Source of the DNA: Nemertoderma westbladi
Lineage: Eukaryota > Animalia > Xenacoelomorpha
DNA length: 64,000 nucleotides
Reading direction: 5' to 3'
Assembly: GCA_032718475.1 (NCBI GenBank)
Contig: JAUCBJ010009147.1
Span: forward strand, 1-64,000
A program made the translations under genes and the position numbers. Every line of letters begins with the position of its first letter. Position 1 is the first letter of the stretch. Below, piece by piece: positions 39,901 to 54,900 of this stretch. The notes beneath the pieces were generated by a model. The model was not told the DNA's origin, searched no databases, and saw nothing but the letters and a program-made list of their open reading frames with translations.

Positions 39901-42900
39901 CTCCAGCCCAATAAGAACTACTCCATCCCAATAAGAACTACTCCAGCCCATTAAGAACTACTCCAGCCCAATAAGAACTACTCCATCCCAATAACAACTA
40001 CTCCAGCCCAATAAGAACTACTCCATCCCAATAAGAACTACTCCAGCCCAATAAGAACTACTCCAGCCCAATAAGAACTACTCCAGCCCATTAAGAAAAA
40101 ACAACTCCAGCCCTTTAAGAAAAAACTACTCCAGCCCAATAAGAACTACTCCATCCCAATAAGAACTACTCCAGCCCAATAAGAACTACTCCTTCCCAAT
40201 AATAACTACTCCAGCCCAATAAGAACTACTCCATCCCAATAAGAACTACTCCATCCCAATAAGAACTACTCAATCCCAATAAGAACTACTCCATCCCAAT
40301 AAGAACTACTCCATCCCAATAAGAACTACTCCAGCTCAATAAGAACTACTCCAGCCCAATAAGAACTACTCCAGTCCAATAAGAAAAAACTACTCCAGCC
40401 CAATAAGAACTACTCCTTCCCAATAAGAACTACTCCAGCCCAATAAGAACTACTCCAGCCCAATAAGAACTACTCCAGCCCAATAAGAACTACTCCAGCC
40501 CAATAAGAACTACTCCAGCCCAATAAGAACTACTCCATCCCAATAAGAACTACTCCAACCCAATAAGAACTACTCCAGCCCAATAAGAACTACTCCAGCC
40601 CAATAAGAACTACTCCATCCCAATAAGAACTACTCCAGCCCAATAAGAACTACTCCAGCCCAATAAGAACTACTCCAACCCAATAAGAACTACTCCAGCC
40701 CAATAAGAACTACTCCATCCCAATAAGAACTACTCCAGCCCAATAAGAACTACTCCAGCCCAATAAGAACTACTCCAGCCCAATAAGAACTACTCCAGCC
40801 CTAAGAAAAAACTACTCCAGCCCAATAAGAACTACTCCATCCCAATAAGAACTACTCCAGCCCAATAAGAACTACTCCAGCCCAATAAGAACTACTCCAG
40901 CCCAATAAGAACTACTCCATCCCAATAAGAACTACTCCATCCCAATAAGAACTACTCCATCCCAATAAGAACTACTCCATCCCAATAAGAACTACTCCAG
41001 CCCAATAAGAACTACTCCAGCCCAATAAGAACTACTCCAGCCCAATAAGAACTACTCCAGCCCAATAAGAAAAAACTACTCCAGCCCAATAAGAACTACT
41101 CCATCCCAATAAGAACTACTCCAGCCCAATAAGAACTACTCCAGCCCAATAAGAACTAATCCATCCCAATAAGAACTACTCCAGCCCAATAAGAACTACT
41201 CCAGCCCAATAAGAACTACTCCAGCCCAATAAGAACTACTCCAGCCCAAAAGAACTACTCCAGCCCATTAAGAAAAAACTACTCCAGCCAAATAAGAACT
41301 ACTCCTTCCCAATAAGAACTATTCCATCCCAATAAGAACTACTCCAGCCCAATAAGAACTACTCCATCCCAATAAGAACTACTCCATCCCAATAAGAACT
41401 ACTCCAACCCAATAAGAACTAATCCAGCCCAATAAGAACTACTCCATCCCAATAAGAACTACTCCATCCCATTAAGAACTACTCCATCCCAATAAGAACT
41501 ACTCCATCCCAATAAGAACTACTCCATCCCAATAAGAACTACTCCAGTCCAATAAGAACTACTCCAGCCCAATAAGAACTACTCCAGCCCATTAAGAAAA
41601 ACTACTCCAGCCCAATAAGAACTACTCCAGCCTAATAAGAACTACTCCATCCCAATAAGAACTACTCCATCCCATTAAGAACTACTCCATCCCAATAAGA
41701 ACTACTCCATCCCAATAAGAACTACTCCATCCCAATAAGAACTACTCCAGTCCAATAAGAACTACTCCAGCCCAATAAGAACTACTCCAGCCCATTAAGA
41801 AAAACTACTCCAGCCCAATAAGAACTACTCCTTCCCAATAAGAACTACTCCAGCCCAATAAGAACTACTCCAGCCCAATAAGAACTACTCCAACCCAATA
41901 AGAACTATTCCATCCCAATAAGAACTACTCCAGCCCAATAAGAACTACTCCATCCCAATAAGAACTACTCCATCCCAATAAGAACTACTCCAACCCAATA
42001 AGAACTAATCCAGCCCAATGAGAACTACTCCAGCCCAATAAGAACTACTCCAGCCCAATAAGAACTACTCCAGCCCAATAAGAACTACTCCAGCCCAATA
42101 AGAACTACTCCAGCCCAATAAGAACTACTCTATCCCAATAAGAACTACTCCAACCCAATAAGAAATAATCCAGCCCAATAAGAACTACTCCAGCCCAATC
42201 AGAACTACTCCAGCCCAATAAGAACTACTCCAGCCCAATAAGAACTACTCCAACCCAATAAGAACTACTCCAGCCCATTAAGAAATACTCCAGCCCAATA
42301 AGAACTACTCCAGCCCAATAAGAACTACTCCATCCCAATAAGAACTACTCCAACCCAATAAGAACTACTCCAACCCAATAAGAACTAATCAAGCCCAATA
42401 AGAACTACTCCAGCCCAATAAGAACTACTCCAGCCCAATAAGAACTACTCCATCCCAATAAGAACTACTCCATCCCAATAAGAACTACTCCAACCCAATA
42501 AGAACTAATCCAGCCTAATAAGAACTACTCCAACCCAATAAGAACTACTCCAACCCAATAAGAACTAATCAAGCCCAATAAGAACTACTCCAGCCCAATA
42601 AGAACTACTCCAGCCCAATAAGAACTACTCCATCCCAATAAGAACTACTCCATCCCAATAAGAACTACTCCAACCCAATAAGAACTAATCCAGCCCAATA
42701 AGAACTACTCCAGCCCAATAAGAACTACTCCAGCCCAATAAGAACTACTCCAGCCCAATAAGAACTACTCCAGCCCAATAAGAACTACTCCATCCCAATA
42801 AGAACTACTCCATCCCAATAAGAACTACTCCAACCCAATAAGAACTAATCCAGCCCAATAAGAACTACTCCAGCCCAATAAGAACTACTCCAGCCCAATA

Positions 42901-45900
42901 AGAACTACTCCAGCCCAATAAGAACTACTCCAGCCCAATAAGAACTACTCCAGCCCAATAAGAACTACTCCATCCCAATAAGAACTACTCCATCCCAATA
43001 AGAACTACTCCATCCCAATAAGAACTACTCCAACCCAATAAGAACTACTCCAACCCAATAAGAACTAATCAAGCCCAATAAAAACTACTCCAGCCCAATA
43101 AGAACTACTCCAGCCCAATAAGAACTACTCCATCCCAATAAGAACTACTCCATCCCAATAAGAACTACTCCAACCCAATAAGAACTAATCCAGCCCAATA
43201 AGAACTACTCCAGCCCAATAAGAACTACTCCAGCCCAATAAGAACTACTCCAGCCCAATAAGAACTACTCCAGCCCAATAAGAACTACTCCAGCCCAATA
43301 AGAACTACCCCAGCCCAATAAGAACTACTCCAGCCCAATAAGAACTACAACATCCCAATAAGAACTACTCCACCCCAATAAGAACTACTCCAACCCAAAA
43401 AGAACTAATCCAGCCCAATAAGAACTACTCCAGCCCAATAAGAACTAATCCAGCCCAATAAGAACTACTCCAGCCCAATAAGAACTACTCCAGCCCAATA
43501 AGAACTACTCCAGCCCTATAAGAACTACTCCAGCCCAATAAGAACTACTCCATCCCAATAAGAACTACTCCATCCCAATAAGAACTACTCCAGCCCAATA
43601 AGAACTACTCCAGCCCATTAAGAAAAACTACTCCAGCCCAATAAGAACTACTCCTTCCCAATAAGAACTACTCCAGCCCATTAAGAACTACTCCAGCCCA
43701 ATAAGAACTACTCCAACCCAATAAGAACTACTCCAACCCAATAAGAACTACTCCAACCCAATAAGAACTAATCAAGCCCAATAAGAACTACTCCAGCCCA
43801 ATAAGAACTACTCCAGCCCAATAAGAACTACTCCATCCCAATAAGAACTACTCCATCCCAATAAGAACTACTCCAACCCAATAAGAACTAATCCAGCCTA
43901 ATAAGAACTACTCCAACCCAATAAGAACTACTCCAACCCAATAAGAACTAATCAAGCCCAATAAGAACTACTCCAGCCCAATAAGAACTACTCCAGCCCA
44001 ATAAGAACTACTCCATCCCAATAAGAACTACTCCATCCCAATAAGAACTACTCCAACCCAATAAGAACTAATCCAGCCCAATAAGAACTACTCCAGCCCA
44101 ATAAGAACTACTCCAGCCCAATAAGAACTACTCCAGCCCAATAAGAACTACTCCAGCCCAATAAGAACTACTCCATCCCAATAAGAACTACTCCATCCCA
44201 ATAAGAACTACTCCAACCCAATAAGAACTAATCCAGCCCAATAAGAACTACTCCAGCCCAATAAGAACTACTCCAGCCCAATAAGAACTACTCCAGCCCA
44301 ATAAGAACTACTCCAGCCCAATAAGAACTACTCCAGCCCAATAAGAACTACTCCATCCCAATAAGAACTACTCCATCCCAATAAGAACTACTCCATCCCA
44401 ATAAGAACTACTCCAACCCAATAAGAACTACTCCAACCCAATAAGAACTAATCAAGCCCAATAAAAACTACTCCAGCCCAATAAGAACTACTCCAGCCCA
44501 ATAAGAACTACTCCATCCCAATAAGAACTACTCCATCCCAATAAGAACTACTCCAACCCAATAAGAACTAATCCAGCCCAATAAGAACTACTCCAGCCCA
44601 ATAAGAACTACTCCAGCCCAATAAGAACTACTCCAGCCCAATAAGAACTACTCCAGCCCAATAAGAACTACTCCAGCCCAATAAGAACTACCCCAGCCCA
44701 ATAAGAACTACTCCAGCCCAATAAGAACTACAACATCCCAATAAGAACTACTCCACCCCAATAAGAACTACAACATCCCAATAAGAACTACTCCACCCCA
44801 ATAAGAACTACTCCAACCCAAAAAGAACTAATCCAGCCCAATAAGAACTACTCCAGCCCAATAAGAACTACTCCAGCCCAATAAGAACTACTCCAGCCCA
44901 ATAAGAACTACCCCAGCCCAATAAGAACTACTCCAGCCCAATAAGAACTACAACATCCCAATAAGAACTACTCCACCCCAATAAGAACTACTCCAACCCA
45001 AAAAGAACTAATCCAGCCCAATAAGAACTACTCCAGCCCAATAAGAACTAATCCAGCCCAATAAGAACTACTCCAGCCCAATAAGAACTACTCCAGCCCA
45101 ATAAGAACTACTCCAGCCCTATAAGAACTACTCCAGCCCAATAAGAACTACTCCATCCCAATAAGAACTACTCCATCCCAATAAGAACTACTCCAGCCCA
45201 ATAAGAACTACTCCAGCCCATTAAGAAAAACTACTCCAGCCCAATAAGAACTACTCCTTCCCAATAAGAACTACTCCAGCCCATTAAGAACTACTCCAGC
45301 CCAATAAGAACTACTCCAACCCAATAAGAACTATTCCATCCCAATAAGAACTACTCCAGCCCAATAAGAACTACTCCATCCCAATAAGAACTACTACATC
45401 CCAATAAGAACTACTCCAACCCAATAAGAACTAATCCAGCCCAATGAGAACTACTCCAGCCCAATAAGAACTACTCCAGCCCAATAAGAACTACTCCAGC
45501 CCAATAAGAACTACTCCAGCCCAATAAGAACTACTCCAGCCCAATAAGAACTACTCTATCCCAATAAGAACTACTCCAACCCAATAAGAACTAATCCAGC
45601 CCAATAAGAACTACTCCAGCCCAATCAGAACTACTCCAGCCCAATAAGAACTACTCCAGCCCAATAAGAACTACTCCAACCCAATAAGAACTACTCCAGC
45701 CCATTAAGAAATACTCCAGCCCAATAAGAACTACTCCAGCCCAATAAGAACTACTCCATCCCAATAAGAACTACTCCAACCCAATAAGAACTACTCCAAT
45801 CCAATAAGAACTAATCAAGCCCAATAAGAACTACTCTAGCCCAATAAGAACTACTCCAGCCCAATAAGAACTACTCCATCCCAATAAGAACTACTCCATC

Positions 45901-48900
45901 CCAATAAGAACTACTCCAACCCAATAAGAACTAATCCAGCCCAATAAGAACTACTCCAACCCAATAAGAACTACTCCAACCCAATAAGAACTAATCAAGC
46001 CCAATAAGAATTACTCCAGCCCAATAAGAACTACTCCAGCCCAATAAGAACTACTCCATCCCAATAAGAACTACTCCATCCCAATAAGAACTACTCCAAC
46101 CCAATAAGAACTAATCCAGCCCAATAAGAACTACTCCAGCCCAATAAGAACTACTCCAGCCCAATAAGAACTACTCCAGCCCAATAAGAACTACTCCAGC
46201 CCAATAAGAACTACTCCATCCCAATAAGAACTACTCCATCCCAATAAGAACTACTCCAACCCAATAAGAACTAATCCAGCCCAATAAGAACTACTCCAGC
46301 CCAATAAGAACTACTCCAGCCCAATAAGAACTACTCCAGCCCAATAAGAACTACTCCATCCCAATAAGAACTACTCCATCCCAATAAGAACTACTCCATC
46401 CCAATAAGAACTACTCCAACCCAATAAGAACTACTCCAACCCAATAAGAACTAATCAAGCCCAATAAAAACTACTCCAGCCCAATAAGAACTACTCCAGC
46501 CCAATAAGAACTACTCCATCCCAATAAGAACTACTCCATCCCAATAAGAACTACTCCAACCCAATAAGAACTAATCCAGCCCAATAAGAACTACTCCAGC
46601 CCAATAAGAACTACTCCAGCCCAATAAGAACTACTCCAGCCCAATAAGAACTACTCCAGCCCAATAAGAACTACTCCAGCCCAATAAGAACTACCCCAGC
46701 CCAATAAGAACTACTCCAGCCCAATAAGAACTACAACATCCCAATAAGAACTACTCCACCCCAATAAGAACTACTCCAACCCAAAAAGAACTAATCCAGC
46801 CCAATAAGAACTACTCCAGCCCAATAAGAACTAATCCAGCCCAATAAGAACTACTCCAGCCCAATAAGAACTACTCCAGCCCAATAAGAACTACTCCAGC
46901 CCAATAAGAACTACTCCAGCCCAATAAGAACTACTCCAGCCCAATAAGAACTACTCCAGCCCAATAAGAACTACCCCAGCCCAATAAGAACTACTCCAGC
47001 CCAATAAGAACTACAACATCCCAATAAGAACTACTCCACCCCAATAAGAACTACTCCAACCCAAAAAGAACTAATCCAGCCCAATAAGAACTACTCCAGC
47101 CCAATAAGAACTAATCCAGCCCAATAAGAACTACTCCAGCCCAATAAGAACTACTCCAGCCCAATAAGAACTACTCCAGCCCTATAAGAACTACTCCAGC
47201 CCAATAAGAACTACTCCATCCCAATAAGAACTACTCCATCCCAATAAGAACTACTCCAGCCCAATAAGAACTACTCCAGCCCATTAAGAAAAACTACTCC
47301 AGCCCAATAAGAACTACTCCTTCCCAATAAGAACTACTCCAGCCCATTAAGAACTACTCCAGCCCAATAAGAACTACTCCAACCCAATAAGAACTATTCC
47401 ATCCCAATAAGAACTACTCCAGCCCAATAAGAACTACTCCATCCCAATAAGAACTACTACATCCCAATAAGAACTACTCCAACCCAATAAGAACTAATCC
47501 AGCCCAATGAGAACTACTCCAGCCCAATAAGAACTACTCCAGCCCAATAAGAACTACTCCAGCCCAATAAGAACTACTCCAGCCCAATAAGAACTACTCC
47601 AGCCCAATAAGAACTACTCTATCCCAATAAGAACTACTCCAACCCAATAAGAACTAATCCAGCCCAATAAGAACTACTCCAGCCCAATCAGAACTACTCC
47701 AGCCCAATAAGAACTACTCCAGCCCAATAAGAACTACTCCAACCCAATAAGAACTACTCCAGCCCATTAAGAAATACTCCAGCCCAATAAGAACTACTCC
47801 AGCCCAATAAGAACTACTCCATCCCAATAAGAACTACTCCAACCCAATAAGAACTACTCCAACCCAATAAGAACTAATCAAGCCCAATAAGAACTACTCC
47901 AGCCCAATAAGAACTACTCCAGCCCAATAAGAACTACTCCATCCCAATAAGAACTACTCCATCCCAATAAGAACTACTCCAACCCAATAAGAACTAATCC
48001 AGCCCAATAAGAACTACTCCAACCCAATAAGAACTACTCCAACCCAATAAGAACTACTCCAACCCAATAAGAACTAATCCAGCCCAATAAGAACTACTCC
48101 AGCCCAATAAGAACTACTCCATCCCAATAAGAACTACTCCATCCCAATAAGAACTACTCCATCCCAATAAGAACTACTCCAACCCAATAAGAACTACTCC
48201 AACCCAATAAGAACTAATCAAGCCCAATAAAAACTACTCCAGCCCAATAAGAACTACTCCAGCCCAATAAGAACTACTCCATCCCAATAAGAACTACTCC
48301 ATCCCAATAAGAACTACTCCAACCCAATAAGAACTAATCCAGCCCAATAAGAACTACTCCAGCCCAATAAGAACTACTCCAGCCCAATAAGAACTACTCC
48401 AGCCCAATAAGAACTACTCCAGCCCAATAAGAACTACTCCAGCCCAATAAGAACTACCCCAGCCCAATAAGAACTACTCCAGCCCAATAAGAACTACAAC
48501 ATCCCAATAAGAACTACTCCACCCCAATAAGAACTACTCCAACCCAAAAAGAACTAATCCAGCCCAATAAGAACTACTCCAGCCCAATAAGAACTAATCC
48601 AGCCCAATAAGAACTACTCCAGCCCAATAAGAACTACTCCAGCCCAATAAGAACTACTCCAGCCCTATAAGAACTACTCCAGCCCAATAAGAACTACTCC
48701 AGTCCATAAAGAAAAAACTACTCCAACCCAATAAGAACTACTCCAGCCCATTAAGAACTACTCCAGTCCAATAAGAACTACTCCAGCCCAATAAGAACTA
48801 CTCCAGCCCAATAAGAACTACTCCAGCCCAATAAGAACTACTCCATCCCAATAAGAACTACTCTATCCCAATAAGAACTACTCCAACCCAATAAGAACTA

Positions 48901-51900
48901 ATCCAGCCCAATAAGAACTACTCCAGCCCAATAAGAACTACTCCAGCCCAATAAGAACTACTCCAACCCAATAAGAACTAATCCAGCCCAATAAGAACTA
49001 CTCCAGCCCAATAAGAACTACTCCAGCCCAATAAGAACTACTCCAGCCCAATAAGAACTACTCCAGCCCAATAAGAACTACTCCATCCCAATAAGAACTA
49101 CTCCATCCCAATAAGAACTACTCCAACCCAATAAGAACTAATCCAGCCCAATAAGAACTACTCCAGCCCAATAAGAACTACTCCAGCCCAATAAGAACTA
49201 CTCCAGCCCAATAAGAACTACTCCAGCCCAATAAGAACTACTCCAGCCCAATAAGAACTACTCCATCCCAATAAGAACTACTCCATCCCAATAAGAACTA
49301 CTCCATCCCAATAAGAACTACTCCAACCCAATAAGAACTACTCCAACCCAATAAGAACTAATCAAGCCCAATAAGAACTACTCCAGCCCAATAAGAACTA
49401 CTCCAGCCCAATAAGAACTACTCCATCCCAATAAGAACTACTCCATCCCAATAAGAACTACTCCAACCCAATAAGAACTAATCCAGCCCAATAAGAACTA
49501 CTCCAGCCCAATAAGAACTACTCCAGCCCAATAAGAACTACTCCAGCCCAATAAGAACTACTCCAGCCCAATAAGAACTACTCCAGCCCAATAAGAACTA
49601 CCCCAGCCCAATAAGAACTACTCCAGCCCAATAAGAACTACAACATCCCAATAAGAACTACTCCACACCAATAAGAACTACTCCAACCCAAAAAGAACTA
49701 ATCCAGCCCAATAAGAACTACTCCAACCCAATAAGAACTACTCCAGCCCATTGAGAACTACTCCAGCCCAATAAGAACTACTCCAGCCCAATAAGAACTA
49801 CTCCATCCCAATAAGAACTACTCCATCCCAATAAGAACTACTCCACCCCAATAAGAAGTACTCCATCCCAATAAGAACTACTCCAGCCCAATAAGAACTA
49901 CTCCAACCCAATAAGAACTACTCCAGCCCATTAAGAACTACTCCAGCCCAATAAGAACTACTCCAGCCATTAAGAACTACTCCAGCCCAATAAGAACTAC
50001 TCAGCCATTAAGAACTACTCCAACCCAATAAGAACTACTCCAGCCCAATGAGAACTACTCCAGCCCAATAAGAACTACAACATCCCAATAAGAACTACTC
50101 CACCCCAATAAGAACTACTCCAACCCAAAAAGAACTAATCCAGCCCAATAAGAACTACTCCAGCCCAATAAGAACTAATCCAGCCCAATAAGAACTACTC
50201 CAGCCCAATAAGAACTACTCCAGCCCAATAAGAACTACTCCAGCCCAATAAGAACTACTCCAGCCCTATAAGAACTACTCCAGCCCAATAAGAACTACTC
50301 CAGTCCATAAAGAAAAAACTACTCCAACCCAATAAGAACTACTCCAGCCCATTAAGAACTACTCCAGTCCAATAAGAACTACTCCAGCCCAATAAGAACT
50401 ACTCCAGCCCAATAAGAACTACTCCAGCCCAATAAGAACTACTCCATCCCAATAAGAACTACTCTATCCCAATAAGAACTACTCCAACCCAATAAGAACT
50501 AATCCAGCCCAATAAGAACTACTCCAGCCCAATAAGAACTACTCCAGCCCAATAAGAACTACTCCAGCCCAATAAGAACTACTCCAGCCCAATAAGAACT
50601 ACCCCAGCCCAATAAGAACTACTCCAGCCCAATAAGAACTACTCCATCCCAATAAGAACTACTCCATCCCAATAAGAACTACGCCAACCCAATAAGAACT
50701 ACTCCATCCCAATAAGAACTACTCCAACCCAATAAGAACTAATCCAGCCCATTAAGAACTACTCCAGCCCAATAAGAACTAATCCAGCCCAATAAGAACT
50801 ACTCCAGCCCAATAAGAACTACTCCAGCCCAATAAGAACTACTCCAGCCCAATAAGAACTACTCCAGTCCATAAAGAAAAAACTACTCCAACCCAATAAG
50901 AACTACTCCAGCCCATTGAGAACTACTCCAGCCCAATAAGAACTACTCCAGCCCAATAAGAACTACTCCATCCCAATAAGAACTACTCCATCCCAATAAG
51001 AACTACTCCACCCCAATAAGAACTAATCCAGCCCAATAAGAACTACTCCAGCCCAATAAGAACTACTCCAGCCCAATAAGAACTACTCCAACCCAATAAG
51101 AACTACTCCAGCCCATTAAGAACTACTCCAGCCCAATAAGAACTACTCCAGCCATTAAGAACTACTCCAGCCCAATAAGAACTACTCAGCCATTAAGAAC
51201 TACTCCAACCCAATAAGAACTACTCCAGCCCAATGAGAACTACTCCAGCCCAATAAGAACTACTCCAGTCATTAAGAACTACTCCAACCCATTAAGAACT
51301 ACTCCAGCTCAATAAGAACTACTCCAGCCCAATAAGAACTACTCCAGCTCAATAAGAACTACTCCAGCCCAATAAGAACTACTCCATCCCAATAAGAACT
51401 ACTCCAGCTCAATAAGAACTACTCCATCCCAATAAGAACAACTCCAACCCAATAAGAACTACTCCAGCCCAATAAGAACTAATCCAGCTCAATAAGAACT
51501 ACTCCAGCCCAATAAGAACTACTCCATCCCAATAAGAACTACTCCATCCCAATAAGAACTACTCCAGCTCAATAAGAACTACTCCATCACAATAAGAACT
51601 ACTCCAGCCCAATAAGAACTACTCCATCCCAATAAGAACTACTCAATCCCAATAAGAACTACTCCAGCCCAATAAGAACTACTCCATCCCAATAAGAACT
51701 ACTCCAGCTCAATAAGAACTACTCCATCCCAATAAGAACTAATCCATCTCAATAAGAACTACTCCAGCCATTAAGAACTACTCCAACCCAATAAGAACTA
51801 CTCCAGCTCAATAAGAACTACTCCACCCCATTAAGAACTACTCCAGCTCAATAAGAACTACTCCAACCCAATAAGAACTACTCCAACCCAATAAGAACTA

Positions 51901-54900
51901 ATCAAGCCCAATAAAAACTACTCCAGCCCAATAAGAACTACTCCAGCCCAATAAGAACTACTCCATCCCAATAAGAACTACTCCATCCCAATAAGAACTA
52001 CTCCAACCCAATAAGAACTAATCCAGCCCAATAAGAACTACTCCAGCCCAATAAGAACTACTCCAGCCCAATAAGAACTACTCCAGCCCAATAAGAACTA
52101 CTCCAGCCCAATAAGAACTACTCCAGCCCAATAAGAACTACCCCAGCCCAATAAGAACTACTCCAGCCCAATAAGAACTACAACATCCCAATAAGAACTA
52201 CTCCACCCCAATAAGAACTACTCCAACCCAAAAAGAACTAATCCAGCCCAATAAGAACTACTCCAGCCCAATAAGAACTAATCCAGCCCAATAAGAACTA
52301 CTCCAGCCCAATAAGAACTACTCCAGCCCAATAAGAACTACTCCAGCCCTATAAGAACTACTCCAGCCCAATAAGAACTACTCCAGTCCATAAAGAAAAA
52401 ACTACTCCAACCCAATAAGAACTACTCCAGCCCATTAAGAACTACTCCAGTCCAATAAGAACTACTCCAGCCCAATAAGAACTACTCCAGCCCAATAAGA
52501 ACTACTCCAGCCCAATAAGAACTACTCCATCCCAATAAGAACTACTCTATCCCAATAAGAACTACTCCAACCCAATAAGAACTAATCCAGCCCAATAAGA
52601 ACTACTCCAGCCCAATAAGAACTACTCCAGCCCAATAAGAACTACTCCAACCCAATAAGAACTAATCCAGCCCAATAAGAACTACTCCAGCCCAATAAGA
52701 ACTACTCCAGCCCAATAAGAACTACTCCAGCCCAATAAGAACTACTCCAGCCCAATAAGAACTACTCCATCCCAATAAGAACTACTCCATCCCAATAAGA
52801 ACTACTCCAACCCAATAAGAACTAATCCAGCCCAATAAGAACTACTCCAGCCCAATAAGAACTACTCCAGCCCAATAAGAACTACTCCAGCCCAATAAGA
52901 ACTACTCCAGCCCAATAAGAACTACTCCAGCCCAATAAGAACTACTCCATCCCAATAAGAACTACTCCATCCCAATAAGAACTACTCCATCCCAATAAGA
53001 ACTACTCCAACCCAATAAGAACTACTCCAACCCAATAAGAACTAATCAAGCCCAATAAGAACTACTCCAGCCCAATAAGAACTACTCCAGCCCAATAAGA
53101 ACTACTCCATCCCAATAAGAACTACTCCATCCCAATAAGAACTACTCCAACCCAATAAGAACTAATCCAGCCCAATAAGAACTACTCCAGCCCAATAAGA
53201 ACTACTCCAGCCCAATAAGAACTACTCCAGCCCAATAAGAACTACTCCAGCCCAATAAGAACTACTCCAGCCCAATAAGAACTACCCCAGCCCAATAAGA
53301 ACTACTCCAGCCCAATAAGAACTACAACATCCCAATAAGAACTACTCCACACCAATAAGAACTACTCCAACCCAAAAAGAACTAATCCAGCCCAATAAGA
53401 ACTACTCCAACCCAATAAGAACTACTCCAGCCCATTGAGAACTACTCCAGCCCAATAAGAACTACTCCAGCCCAATAAGAACTACTCCATCCCAATAAGA
53501 ACTACTCCATCCCAATAAGAACTACTCCACCCCAATAAGAAGTACTCCATCCCAATAAGAACTACTCCAGCCCAATAAGAACTACTCCAACCCAATAAGA
53601 ACTACTCCAGCCCATTAAGAACTACTCCAGCCCAATAAGAACTACTCCAGCCATTAAGAACTACTCCAGCCCAATAAGAACTACTCAGCCATTAAGAACT
53701 ACTCCAACCCAATAAGAACTACTCCAGCCCAATGAGAACTACTCCAGCCCAATAAGAACTACAACATCCCAATAAGAACTACTCCACCCCAATAAGAACT
53801 ACTCCAACCCAAAAAGAACTAATCCAGCCCAATAAGAACTACTCCAGCCCAATAAGAACTAATCCAGCCCAATAAGAACTACTCCAGCCCAATAAGAACT
53901 ACTCCAGCCCAATAAGAACTACTCCAGCCCAATAAGAACTACTCCAGCCCTATAAGAACTACTCCAGCCCAATAAGAACTACTCCAGTCCATAAAGAAAA
54001 AACTACTCCAACCCAATAAGAACTACTCCAGCCCATTAAGAACTACTCCAGTCCAATANNNNNNNNNNNNNNNNNNNNNNNNNNNNNNNNNNNNNNNNNN
54101 NNNNNNNNNNNNNNNNNNNNNNNNNNNNNNNNNNNNNNNNNNNNNNNNNNNNNNNNNNGCCCAATATGAACTACTCCAGCTCAATAAGAACTACTCCAGA
54201 CCAATAAGAACTACTCCATCCCAATAAGAACTACTCCAACCCAATAAGAACTACTCCAGCCCAATAAGAACTACTCCAGCCCAATAAGAACTACTCAATC
54301 CCAATAAGAACTACTCCAGCCCAATAAGAACTACTCCATCCCAATAAGAACTACTCCAGCTCAATAAGAACTACTCCACCCCATTAAGAACTACTCCAGC
54401 TCAATAAGAACTACTCCAGCCCAATATGAACTACTCCAGCTCAATAAGAACTACTCCAGACCAATAAGAACTACTCCATCCCAATATGGGATTTCTCACA
54501 TTGCTATTTTATTTTTATATTTTAGCGATCGCGGCGCGTTTGTTATCGGGCCATCTCCCCTGTCTGCTTGGAGGTCTCCTGTCCCAGACGACCCCCACCA
54601 CCAACCCCGTGGCCGAGTGGCAGCGGTGGCTGGCTGTTCTCCCGTCCAGCTTCAACCGACTAACAGCCGCTGTTCGCCAGCTGGCCCTCAGTGTGGCCCA
54701 ATGTGGCGCAATCTACGGCGAGCTCTACACATCGCCTAACAATATGGCTAGTCGGCGGCTGTCCAACCTGGCCGCGTTAGTCATCGAGAAGTCTGGAGTT
54801 AAGGTTAGTCGAGGTCAGGTCAGGTCAGATCCTTACTGGAGACGATTATGTAAAGTGTATTATTTATTGAATTTGGCTGTAAGTTTAATTTAATACACCC

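Noticed and set aside
40440-41260. Block unusually poor in rare variants, a possible gene-conversion tract
   Set aside because: Cannot be distinguished from consensus smoothing by the assembler without reads.
24809-54485. CRISPR array or repeat-encoded protein
   Set aside because: There are no unique spacers, the context is eukaryotic, and the 20-bp period puts stops in all six frames about every 60 nt.
24809-54485. Telomeric array (minus strand contains TTATTGGG)
   Set aside because: It is flanked on both sides by in-phase exons, and its variant/HOR structure fits recombinational satellite growth. It would need the same unit at chromosome ends to be reconsidered.
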